A stretch of DNA of 28,488 nt from a bacterium. Lineage in GTDB: Bacteria; Zhuqueibacterota; Zhuqueibacteria; Oceanimicrobiales; Oceanimicrobiaceae. The first letter of the stretch is position 1; each line of letters opens with the position of its first letter. The notes below the pieces were generated by a model, which had not been told where the DNA came from, did not search any database, and saw only the letters and a list, made by a program, of their open reading frames with translations. Location of the stretch: positions 1-28,488 of the forward strand of contig JBHHXT010000048.1 of assembly GCA_046757165.1 (NCBI GenBank), given 5' to 3'. The translations under genes and the position numbers were made by a program. Shown piece after piece: positions 1 to 7,198 of this stretch.

Positions 1-276
1 TATCGACAATACTTTGTCGATGTCTGGCGCCAAGCGCCCAAAAGAAACTCTGGTTTTGCACCCCCAAAGATGCGCCACGTGATCGAGAGCATGAAAGCTA
101 AGGCCAGTCGAACGCTGGAAGAAAAAATTGCCCTGAGCCCCTTTCAAACTTCAGAGGCACTCAAGAACGAAATTGGGCTGAGAGTTAGAAATCGCATTGA
201 GCAAGATTGGGATTTTGTAAAACTAGCCAGCCGCGGCCCCTATCTCCTGCTGATTTTCAAGCAGGGTGAAGATTAA
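1..276 (+). CDS. Hypothetical protein, 3' part (5' end lies outside the window)
   Basis: Frame of ORF 70..276 is open back to base 1 (YRQYFVDVWRQAPKRNSGFAPPKMRH...IFKQGED, TAA 274-276). No recognisable motif. Confidence 0.6.
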   Translation, partial: YRQYFVDVWRQAPKRNSGFAPPKMRHVIESMKAKASRTLEEKIALSPFQTSEALKNEIGLRVRNRIEQDWDFVKLASRGPYLLLIFKQGED

Positions 277-353
277 CGCGCGGCTGGCCTGTGGGAGGAA
301 TCATCGTTACAAGCGGCACTATGCCGAGGTGCTCGAGAAGGGTAAAGAGCACG

Positions 354-695
354 CTATAATGCCGTCTCGCCCGTGATCATAAACGAAATCTCTCTGATGA
401 GCGACCCGCCGGTGGAAGACCACTTGATCACCAGCGTATTCTTGTTTGCGAAGTGATCATCGATTGAGAACATATCTGTCTCGCTTCCCCCGAAAAAGTT
501 GTTCTTGTCTGCAACCGTAATCTTCTTCAACGAGAGAATGCGCGCCGGGAAAGTTGTGTAGTCCGCAGAGTTACCGAGGGTTTTGGGGTCCGTGACCTCG
601 GCATCCCCTGTGACGCTGAAGGGATTGAATGTAATGGTGGCGACCCCCTGGTTGAGTTTTGGCACCAGCGTCCCGGTCAATATCCTTATGTTCAT
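354..695 (-). CDS. Small hypothetical beta-rich protein (113 aa), possibly H-type-lectin-like fold
   Basis: Start moved from 770 to ATG 695 because AGGAGG lies at 707-702 and a promoter at 770-742. Protein MNIRILTGTL...LVIKWSSTGGSLIREISFMITGETAL, no signal peptide. Fold is a pattern impression only. Confidence 0.7.
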   Translation of the reverse strand: MNIRILTGTLVPKLNQGVATITFNPFSVTGDAEVTDPKTLGNSADYTTFPARILSLKKITVADKNNFFGGSETDMFSIDDHFANKNTLVIKWSSTGGSLIREISFMITGETAL

Positions 696-741
696 CTTTA
701 ACCTCCTGTTAAACAGACGGGTCTTCGTGTACCCATTTCGT

Positions 742-770
742 AGTATACGTGCAATTCCTTGTAAATGCAA
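742..770 (-). promoter_or_regulatory. Sigma70-type promoter for the 113-aa gene
   Basis: Minus strand TTGCAT (770-765), 17-nt spacer, TATACT (747-742). Confidence 0.55.
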
Positions 771-861
771 AATTTAAGTTTTCTTCAAATCGATTGCATT
801 TGGTTTATTAATTCCATAATGATGGTCCGTGGTTCAATTCATAAGCAGGAGATCAAGTAAG

Positions 862-2457
862 GTGCAGACGACAAAAGTGAGAGTGGCGTGTCAGGACGAG
901 ACCGGCGCGCTGCCGCCCATCTGGCGGTCGTTCGGCTATGACGAGATCAACTGGACCACCACGCCGCGCGGCAAGCAGCTCTTGCATGAAATCGGGCAAT
1001 TATCCCGCACGCCTTGTTACATCCGCTGCCATCACACCTTTACCTCCGGCAATGGCCTGTCATTCCCCACCAGGGGATCCACCAATATTTGCCGCGGGGT
1101 CGAGCGGGACGGGCTGCGGTTGGACTTCACCATTCTGGACCAGGTGATCGAAACGTTGCTGCAAAACAATTGCAAGCCCGTCGTCGAACTGGGGTTCATG
1201 CCGGATGTGCTCTCCAGAGGTCCGGCGAGGAAACCCGCCTATGACTACAGCCTTGGTGATCTGTGGCGCTATCCCCCGAAAGACTACAAAAACTGGCAGG
1301 AGCTGGTTTACCGGACGGTCGAGCATTACACCGAAAAATTTGGCGCAGAAGAGGTCAGCACGTGGTACTGGGAGCTGTGGAACGAGCCGGACAATCCCGG
1401 GTTTTTCGCCGGTTCGTTCAAAGAGTACTGCAAGATGTATGATTTCGCCGTCGCTGGCGCTGAGGCGGCCCTGGCCCGTGTCAAGATTGGCGGGCCAGCC
1501 CTGGCCACGGATGCGAAGTTTCTCGACAAATTCCTGCGCCATTGCTCGCGAGACAAGAATTTCGCGACCCATGCCCGGGGCGCGCGACTGGATTTCATTT
1601 CGTTTCACGCCAAAGGCACGGAGTGGCCGCTGAAAGGCAAGCCGTTCCCCATGCCTTCCCTGCGAAAGATCTTCATGCACCTCAAGGAGTATGACCGGGT
1701 GTTGCAGAAATATCCCCACTACCGCGAGCTGCCAGTCCTGTTTGACGAGTGCGATATGGCGGTGGCCACCAACTTCGGCGTCTATGATTTTCCCGAATTC
1801 GAAATCAACAACACCGAGTACTTTGCCATTTTCGTTCTCCGGCTGGCGAAGTATCTGTCCGACTTCATCTCAGAGACCCACATGCCCATACAGTTTTTTA
1901 CCACCTGGGCTTTTTATTTTGAAGGCAAGCGGTTTTTTGAGGGCAACCGGGCGCTGTTCACAAACGAGAATATCAAGAAGCCCGTTTTCAACGCCTTCGC
2001 TCTGTTTGAGCTGCTGGGTGAGCGCCGTTTGCAATTGCACCTCGAGCCTGCCAGCCCATCTGGCAGGGACTACGAAACATTCCCGCAAATCGATGGCATG
2101 GCCTCCGCCCATGCTGACGGTAGCATTTCTGTTCTGCTGTGGAATTTCGACGAACAAGGCCAGACGGATTCGAGAAACGTGGTTTTGGAGCTGAGCCAAC
2201 TGCCGGGTTCACAGAAGAAGGTTTACGTGCAACGCATTCAAATCGACCATTCACACAGCAACGCCCATACTGTCTGGAAAAGTCTCGGCGGCCCTCTGGA
2301 TCCGACGCCGCAGCAAATTGCGTTGATCAAGCGGTGTGCAAGCCTGGACAAGAGCGAGCCAGCCCGGGAAGTGGCCGTCGAATCGTCAAGCGCTGAAGTA
2401 GAGGTGAACTTGCCTGGTCAGAGTGTTTGTCTGATAACCGTCTCCTTTAGTAAATGA
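862..2457 (+). CDS. Glycoside hydrolase family 39 (beta-xylosidase / alpha-L-iduronidase-like)
   Basis: LDFTILDQVIETLL, PVVELGFMP, PPKDYKNW, acid/base motif WELWNEPD, KIGGPA, DFISFHAKG, nucleophile region LFDECD, IKKPVFNAF, and C-terminal beta-sandwich (HSNAHTVW). GTG 862 preferred over 829 because of AGGAG at 847-851. No signal peptide. Confidence 0.88.
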   Translation: MQTTKVRVACQDETGALPPIWRSFGYDEINWTTTPRGKQLLHEIGQLSRTPCYIRCHHTFTSGNGLSFPTRGSTNICRGVERDGLRLDFTILDQVIETLLQNNCKPVVELGFMPDVLSRGPARKPAYDYSLGDLWRYPPKDYKNWQELVYRTVEHYTEKFGAEEVSTWYWELWNEPDNPGFFAGSFKEYCKMYDFAVAGAEAALARVKIGGPALATDAKFLDKFLRHCSRDKNFATHARGARLDFISFHAKGTEWPLKGKPFPMPSLRKIFMHLKEYDRVLQKYPHYRELPVLFDECDMAVATNFGVYDFPEFEINNTEYFAIFVLRLAKYLSDFISETHMPIQFFTTWAFYFEGKRFFEGNRALFTNENIKKPVFNAFALFELLGERRLQLHLEPASPSGRDYETFPQIDGMASAHADGSISVLLWNFDEQGQTDSRNVVLELSQLPGSQKKVYVQRIQIDHSHSNAHTVWKSLGGPLDPTPQQIALIKRCASLDKSEPAREVAVESSSAEVEVNLPGQSVCLITVSFSK

Positions 2458-2498
2458 AGGGTTGATGGTCTCTGCAATTGCTGGCATTAAGATTTCCA

Positions 2499-2527
2499 TT
2501 GCAATTGGTTGATTTAGTCCATATATT
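2499..2527 (+). promoter_or_regulatory. Sigma70-type promoter for the AAA ATPase gene
   Basis: TTGCAA (2499-2504), 17-nt spacer, TATATT (2522-2527); same hexamers as the yitJ promoter. Confidence 0.55.
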
Positions 2528-2591
2528 CTATTCACAATGGAGATTATCTTGTTGATCTATTATTCTGAATAGAAATTAGATAGCCCATCAC

Positions 2592-3845
2592 ATGAAAAGC
2601 TCAGATTTGAAATCCGTGATCGTGGAACAAAACAGCCTGCCGCTCGAAGCTCACCTGATTTCACGAGATAAATTCCGTCAGGTCGTTCAATGGCACAGTG
2701 ATGCGGCAGTGGTGGTTATCTCCGGGCTACGACGGTGCGGCAAATCTACATTGTTGTCCCAACTGCGTGACAAGTTCAAAGGCTATTATTTGAATTTTGA
2801 CGATGAGCGGCTGGTTTCATTCACGATCGAAGACTTCCAAAAGGCGGATGAGATTTTCCACGAGTTGTACGGCGACCGCACTGTTTATTATTTTGACGAA
2901 ATCCAAAACGTGCCGGACTGGGAACGATTCGTTCGACGGTTGCGCGATTTTCGCAAGAAAGTATACATCACCGGCTCGAATGCGCGCCTGATGAGCCGTG
3001 AGTTGGGCACGCATCTCACTGGCCGTTACCTGGAGTGTACGTTGTTTCCATTTTCTTTTCGTGAATTCTTGCAATTCAAACGCCTCAATTTTGACGAGGA
3101 AGATTCTCATACCACAGCCGGGCGCGCCAAACTGAAGCGGGCTTTGAACGGCTATTTCGAATCAGGAGGCATGCCGGAATATCTCAAAACGGAAAATCGA
3201 GAATACCTCAAAACGCTGTACGAAAGCATTTTGTACAGGGACATTCTGGTCAGAAACAAAGTCGCCAATGAAACAGCGATGAGAGAGTTGATGTTGTTCG
3301 TTTTTAGCAATATCGGCAAGCTCGTCAGCTTCAACAAGCTCAGAAGCATGCTCGGCCTGAAAAGCCCTACGACGGTCAAGGATTATTTTCAATACCTGCG
3401 CAACAGCTTCCTGGTTTTCTTATTGCCGAAGTTATCCTATTCCTTGAAAAAAAACATCTACGCCGATAAGAAAGTCTATCTCATCGATACCAGTTTTGCC
3501 CGCTGTCTCGGTTTTCGGCTGAGCGAAGACCTTGGCCGGTTTCTAGAGAATCTGGTTTTTATCGAGTTGCTCAGGCGAGAGCAGACGGTGTTCTATTTTC
3601 ATGAAAAGTACGAGTGCGATTTCGTGGTCACAGCCCATGCCTCGGTAGAGCAGGCCATACAGGTCTGCTACGAAATCAACCGCGACAATGAAGCGCGTGA
3701 GATCAACGGCTTGCTGGGGGCGATGCAGACCTATCATCTCAACGAAGGGTTACTCCTGACTTACGAACAGGAAGAAGATCGGCTTATCGACAACAAAAGT
3801 ATTCGAATCGTGCCAGTGTGGAAGTGGCTGCTCGACTGTGGATAG
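2592..3845 (+). CDS. AAA+ superfamily ATPase (AAA_14 + DUF4143 type) with C-terminal nuclease-like domain
   Basis: Walker A GLRRCGKST, YLNFDDER, Walker B YYFDEIQ, ITGSN, LTGR, PFSFREF, GGMPE, KKVYLIDT, LENLVFIEL, ECDFVV...AIQVC. Confidence 0.88.
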   Translation: MKSSDLKSVIVEQNSLPLEAHLISRDKFRQVVQWHSDAAVVVISGLRRCGKSTLLSQLRDKFKGYYLNFDDERLVSFTIEDFQKADEIFHELYGDRTVYYFDEIQNVPDWERFVRRLRDFRKKVYITGSNARLMSRELGTHLTGRYLECTLFPFSFREFLQFKRLNFDEEDSHTTAGRAKLKRALNGYFESGGMPEYLKTENREYLKTLYESILYRDILVRNKVANETAMRELMLFVFSNIGKLVSFNKLRSMLGLKSPTTVKDYFQYLRNSFLVFLLPKLSYSLKKNIYADKKVYLIDTSFARCLGFRLSEDLGRFLENLVFIELLRREQTVFYFHEKYECDFVVTAHASVEQAIQVCYEINRDNEAREINGLLGAMQTYHLNEGLLLTYEQEEDRLIDNKSIRIVPVWKWLLDCG

Positions 3846-3879
3846 AGATGGGTCACAGCAGAAGATTATCGATTTTTGC

Positions 3880-3936
3880 TCCACACGGATCAAAAAACCA
3901 CACGGAAAACATCTTAATCAAAAAAATCCGTGTGGA
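3880..3936. repeat. Intergenic inverted/direct repeat element between convergent genes
   Basis: TCCACACGGAT (3880-3890) and its perfect reverse complement ATCCGTGTGGA (3926-3936), plus a direct copy CCACACGGA (3898-3906). Confidence 0.7.
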
Positions 3937-3961
3937 ATATGTTCCGGGTTGAGCGTGGGAT

Positions 3962-6900
3962 TCAGCGACGCTGACTGAGTTTTGGCAAGCGCTTTTCCAC
4001 CGGGTCGATGAGAATCTCGATGCGGCGGTTGATCTGTCTGCCGAACGGCGTGTTGTTATCGCTTTCGATAAAGATCGTGTCCCCTTGTAAGCGGAACGTG
4101 AACGGAAAGCGCCGGTCGTGTTTCTGACCGCTGACCAGCTCGTAGGTGATTCGATTGAATTCGTCCGGGTTGTGTTTGCGCAACGTTTTCAGGAAGAGTT
4201 TTCTGTCGACGGCCATGTTGAAGGATCCGTTTTCGCCCTCGCCGATCACCCCGATGTTGTGGAATTGTCGCTTGATGCCCCGAACCAGTTTGGGATACCT
4301 TCTTGCAAACTCCTTGTAAAAGTTCTGCGCCCGCAGCAACGACAGGTCATGATTGTACACCGAGTCGCCGATGGCACAGGCGTGACCGACAAAATCGAGA
4401 TTCCGGATGGCCTGGCGTCGCAGCCTGTTTTCGACCTTTTGGGCCACACTTTGCCAATCCAGGTTGGATTCCGGCCTATCCTTCCTGAATTCTGCCACGC
4501 CGATGATGATCTTCTGGTCGAGAAGATTTCTTTTTTCCGTTGCCAGAAGCGCCTGCCGCGGTTTTGTCCGGAAGATGCGCCCGTGCACATCCTGGAGGGA
4601 AATAGAGTAGGTCACGGTCCGGTTCTGCAGGTCGCGTCGCAGGACGTCGTCCAGTGTCCAGATGACGTGTTCCGTGTCAGCGGTGGCGTATGTGAAGTCA
4701 AGCGCTGTATATTGCCGGGCATCCGAATAGATGGCGAGTCTGCCCGTTTGGAGCGCTACAAAGCCGCGCACGGAGGAGGTAAACGTCACCGGCAGAAACG
4801 TCTTGGATTTTGGCAGTGAGACCGGCACGGAGTAGAAAAGCCGGACTTCCTCCTGCTGCCGCCCGGTGCCCCGGGCGCTAAACACAGAGATTCGCACAAA
4901 CCGGCGCTCCTGGGCCACCCATTTTCGGTCGGGGTCAGCGGCGGCGTCGCCGCTGCCGAGGGTGACGTCGGGTCGCCTTCCCTTTGCAATGTCGATGAGG
5001 GTTGGGTCGATACCGAGCCGTACCAGCTCTTGCTTCACTTCCTGCGCGCGTGCTTGCGCCAGAGGTTTCGGTTCTCCGTTTTCCAGATCCACAAAGCCAC
5101 GCAGGCGCAGGCGTAAATTTTTCTCCTTCTTGAATCTGGTCGCCAGCACTTGCAGCGGTGAATAGATGAGCGATGAGCCCAAGCGCTTGATGTCCGCGCG
5201 GCCGTGCTCAAAGTAAATTTTGGGGATAAACGGCAGCTCGTACTCGTAGAGAGAGTCGATTTGCGTCACCGCTTCTGCCGAGGTCAGGAAGATGCCGCGC
5301 GGGATGGTGTAGAAACTGCCGTCCTGGTCGTTGTTGCTCTCGTCATATTCAGGTAGCGTGTTGTGCGGGTCCAGCTTTGCTGTGATGCGATACAGGCCGG
5401 GCGCGTCGGTGCGCCAGGGGACGATAATCGTGGTATCGGTGTCCACTGCCAGCTTAGAAATAACCACCTGTTCAAACCATTTGGCTTCGTGGGCCCCATT
5501 GCCACCGTTCAAAGCGGATTCACCATTTGAACCATTCGCAGCACGCCCGCTCGAAGAGCCGAGACTCGTCGGCGGCGCACCGGCGCCGGTAGACTCGAAG
5601 GTCTGTGTGAGCATGGAGTCATAGATGGCCAGCGTGGCCTCTTCGGCAACGGTCTTGCCCTTGTTGGAAATCGTGATCGCCAGATCCCCCTGATAGCTGC
5701 TTTCTTCAATCCAGGGATGGGGGTGAAAGCGCAGATCCGTAATGTACAGGTCGGGCAGGACCTTGAAATGTCCCAGGGGCAGCCCCTTTTTGTCGGCGAA
5801 GCGCACATGGTTATCCTGGTCGTACGCTGCCACGGTCCAGTAATAGACGCCCGGCAAGAGGTCCTTGTGAACGTAGTGCACGCGCCCATTCTCCATCGAA
5901 ACCTCTGCTGTGACATCCCGTGCGAAGGATGCTTTTGTGTGACTATCGTCCGGCAGTCTCAGCTGATCTGTTCGTTCCCTGGTGGCGACATCGGCAAGTG
6001 CAGCGATGACCACACTATCTTGCGTGGCCGGCTCGACTCTTTGCAGCAAGAAGATGTACCCAACCTCGTCATAGAGATCCGGATCCTGCGCCGCCGTCCA
6101 GATGAACTCCACCTCGCCGTTGCCCATGTTTTCGCCCGAGAGCGGCGCGACAAAGTGGAACGCCTCTGGCGCAGTGGGAAAGTGGCTGAGAGCGGCCTGG
6201 TAGGTGGTTTCGAAGATTTCCTTCTTGCCAACGCCGGCGAAATCGACCCGCAGGGCTTTGTTCCGGCCCGGGAAGCTGTGCAGCGGCGAAGCATGGTCGT
6301 CGAGTCGCAGACTGAATCCAAAAGAAAATCTGTTCAACGACCGGCGACTGAAGGTGTAGCCGCCGCGCAACGCCAGCCGGTAGTTCCAGGATAGCTCGGA
6401 CCCGAGGCTGAAATGCGCCTTTTCGTCACGGACTTTCTTATAATCCGCCGACAGTTGCAGCTGCACGCCCCGATGCGAACCAAGATTCACCGAAATGCCC
6501 GTTTGAACAGAGCGCGGAAGGGGCGTCTCGCTGTTGATGAACGTGAGGGGTTTGCCCAAATTGGTGACGGAGAGGCCAGCCGACAGAATGGCGTACTTTA
6601 GAAACGGCACGTCGAGCTCGAAACGCCGGGAGCGATAAAGCACGCCAACATCGAAGACCCAGGAGCTGGCGCTGAATTGGTCCAGCTCGCTTCTGAAATA
6701 TTTGACATTGCCACCCAGAGCAAGACGTTTCGAGAAGGCGGTCAAGGGCGTACCCATGCTCAAGGTCAGCAACAGGTCGTTGGCAGAGGCCGCCGGCTGA
6801 CCGCGGTTGGTGCTGTCAAATTCGCGCACGCCTTGATACTGGAGACCCATCGCGACATTCATTCGCCGGCTCCAGGGCGTTCGCAGTCGCCGACCGTAGG

Positions 6901-7198
6901 AGAGCGAAAGCTGGTAAGAGTCCGCAATCCATTCCGTGTAGGTGGTCGACCATTGCCATTCGCGCAAGGTGGCGGTGGCCGCCGGATTGGCGTACAGGGC
7001 GTGCATGTCATCGATGACCCCAGTGACGGTGCCGGCCATCCCCTGATGGCGTGCGCCCGGCAGCACTTTCAAGAAGGCTGCACCTGAATTGATTTGCGCA
7101 AAGGCCGGGCGCAGGGGGACAAAACATGTCCAGAGCACCAAAAGAGCTAAACTCGATGCCGGCTGCCTGCGCGAACGTTGTGTTTTGCCAGAGCTCAT
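3962..7198 (-). CDS. PorV/PorQ-family outer-membrane barrel fused to FN3/Ig-like, CARDB and two OmpA-like domains (1078 aa)
   Basis: Signal peptide ending AFA-Q; GAAFLKVLPGARHQGMAG and ALYANPA at the N-terminus, ALGGNVKY, FDVGVLY, NLG..PLP and LALRGGY (PorV/FadL-like barrel); LPDLYITDL...ISNKG and LDPHNTLPEYDESNN (CARDB); GHACAIGDSVYNHDLSLLRA and GRQINRRIEI (OmpA_C). ATG 7198 overlaps the upstream TGA (ATGA). Confidence 0.8.
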   Translation of the reverse strand: MSSGKTQRSRRQPASSLALLVLWTCFVPLRPAFAQINSGAAFLKVLPGARHQGMAGTVTGVIDDMHALYANPAATATLREWQWSTTYTEWIADSYQLSLSYGRRLRTPWSRRMNVAMGLQYQGVREFDSTNRGQPAASANDLLLTLSMGTPLTAFSKRLALGGNVKYFRSELDQFSASSWVFDVGVLYRSRRFELDVPFLKYAILSAGLSVTNLGKPLTFINSETPLPRSVQTGISVNLGSHRGVQLQLSADYKKVRDEKAHFSLGSELSWNYRLALRGGYTFSRRSLNRFSFGFSLRLDDHASPLHSFPGRNKALRVDFAGVGKKEIFETTYQAALSHFPTAPEAFHFVAPLSGENMGNGEVEFIWTAAQDPDLYDEVGYIFLLQRVEPATQDSVVIAALADVATRERTDQLRLPDDSHTKASFARDVTAEVSMENGRVHYVHKDLLPGVYYWTVAAYDQDNHVRFADKKGLPLGHFKVLPDLYITDLRFHPHPWIEESSYQGDLAITISNKGKTVAEEATLAIYDSMLTQTFESTGAGAPPTSLGSSSGRAANGSNGESALNGGNGAHEAKWFEQVVISKLAVDTDTTIIVPWRTDAPGLYRITAKLDPHNTLPEYDESNNDQDGSFYTIPRGIFLTSAEAVTQIDSLYEYELPFIPKIYFEHGRADIKRLGSSLIYSPLQVLATRFKKEKNLRLRLRGFVDLENGEPKPLAQARAQEVKQELVRLGIDPTLIDIAKGRRPDVTLGSGDAAADPDRKWVAQERRFVRISVFSARGTGRQQEEVRLFYSVPVSLPKSKTFLPVTFTSSVRGFVALQTGRLAIYSDARQYTALDFTYATADTEHVIWTLDDVLRRDLQNRTVTYSISLQDVHGRIFRTKPRQALLATEKRNLLDQKIIIGVAEFRKDRPESNLDWQSVAQKVENRLRRQAIRNLDFVGHACAIGDSVYNHDLSLLRAQNFYKEFARRYPKLVRGIKRQFHNIGVIGEGENGSFNMAVDRKLFLKTLRKHNPDEFNRITYELVSGQKHDRRFPFTFRLQGDTIFIESDNNTPFGRQINRRIEILIDPVEKRLPKLSQRR

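Noticed and set aside
696..770. Longer N-terminus for the 113-aa protein (track start 770)
   Set aside because: This stretch contains the gene's own promoter and RBS, and the TTG at 770 is the -35 box.
3846..3960. Integron attC site (GTTGAGC at 3948-3954 fits GTTRRRY)
   Set aside because: No matching RYYYAAC inverse core, no cassette array and no integrase.
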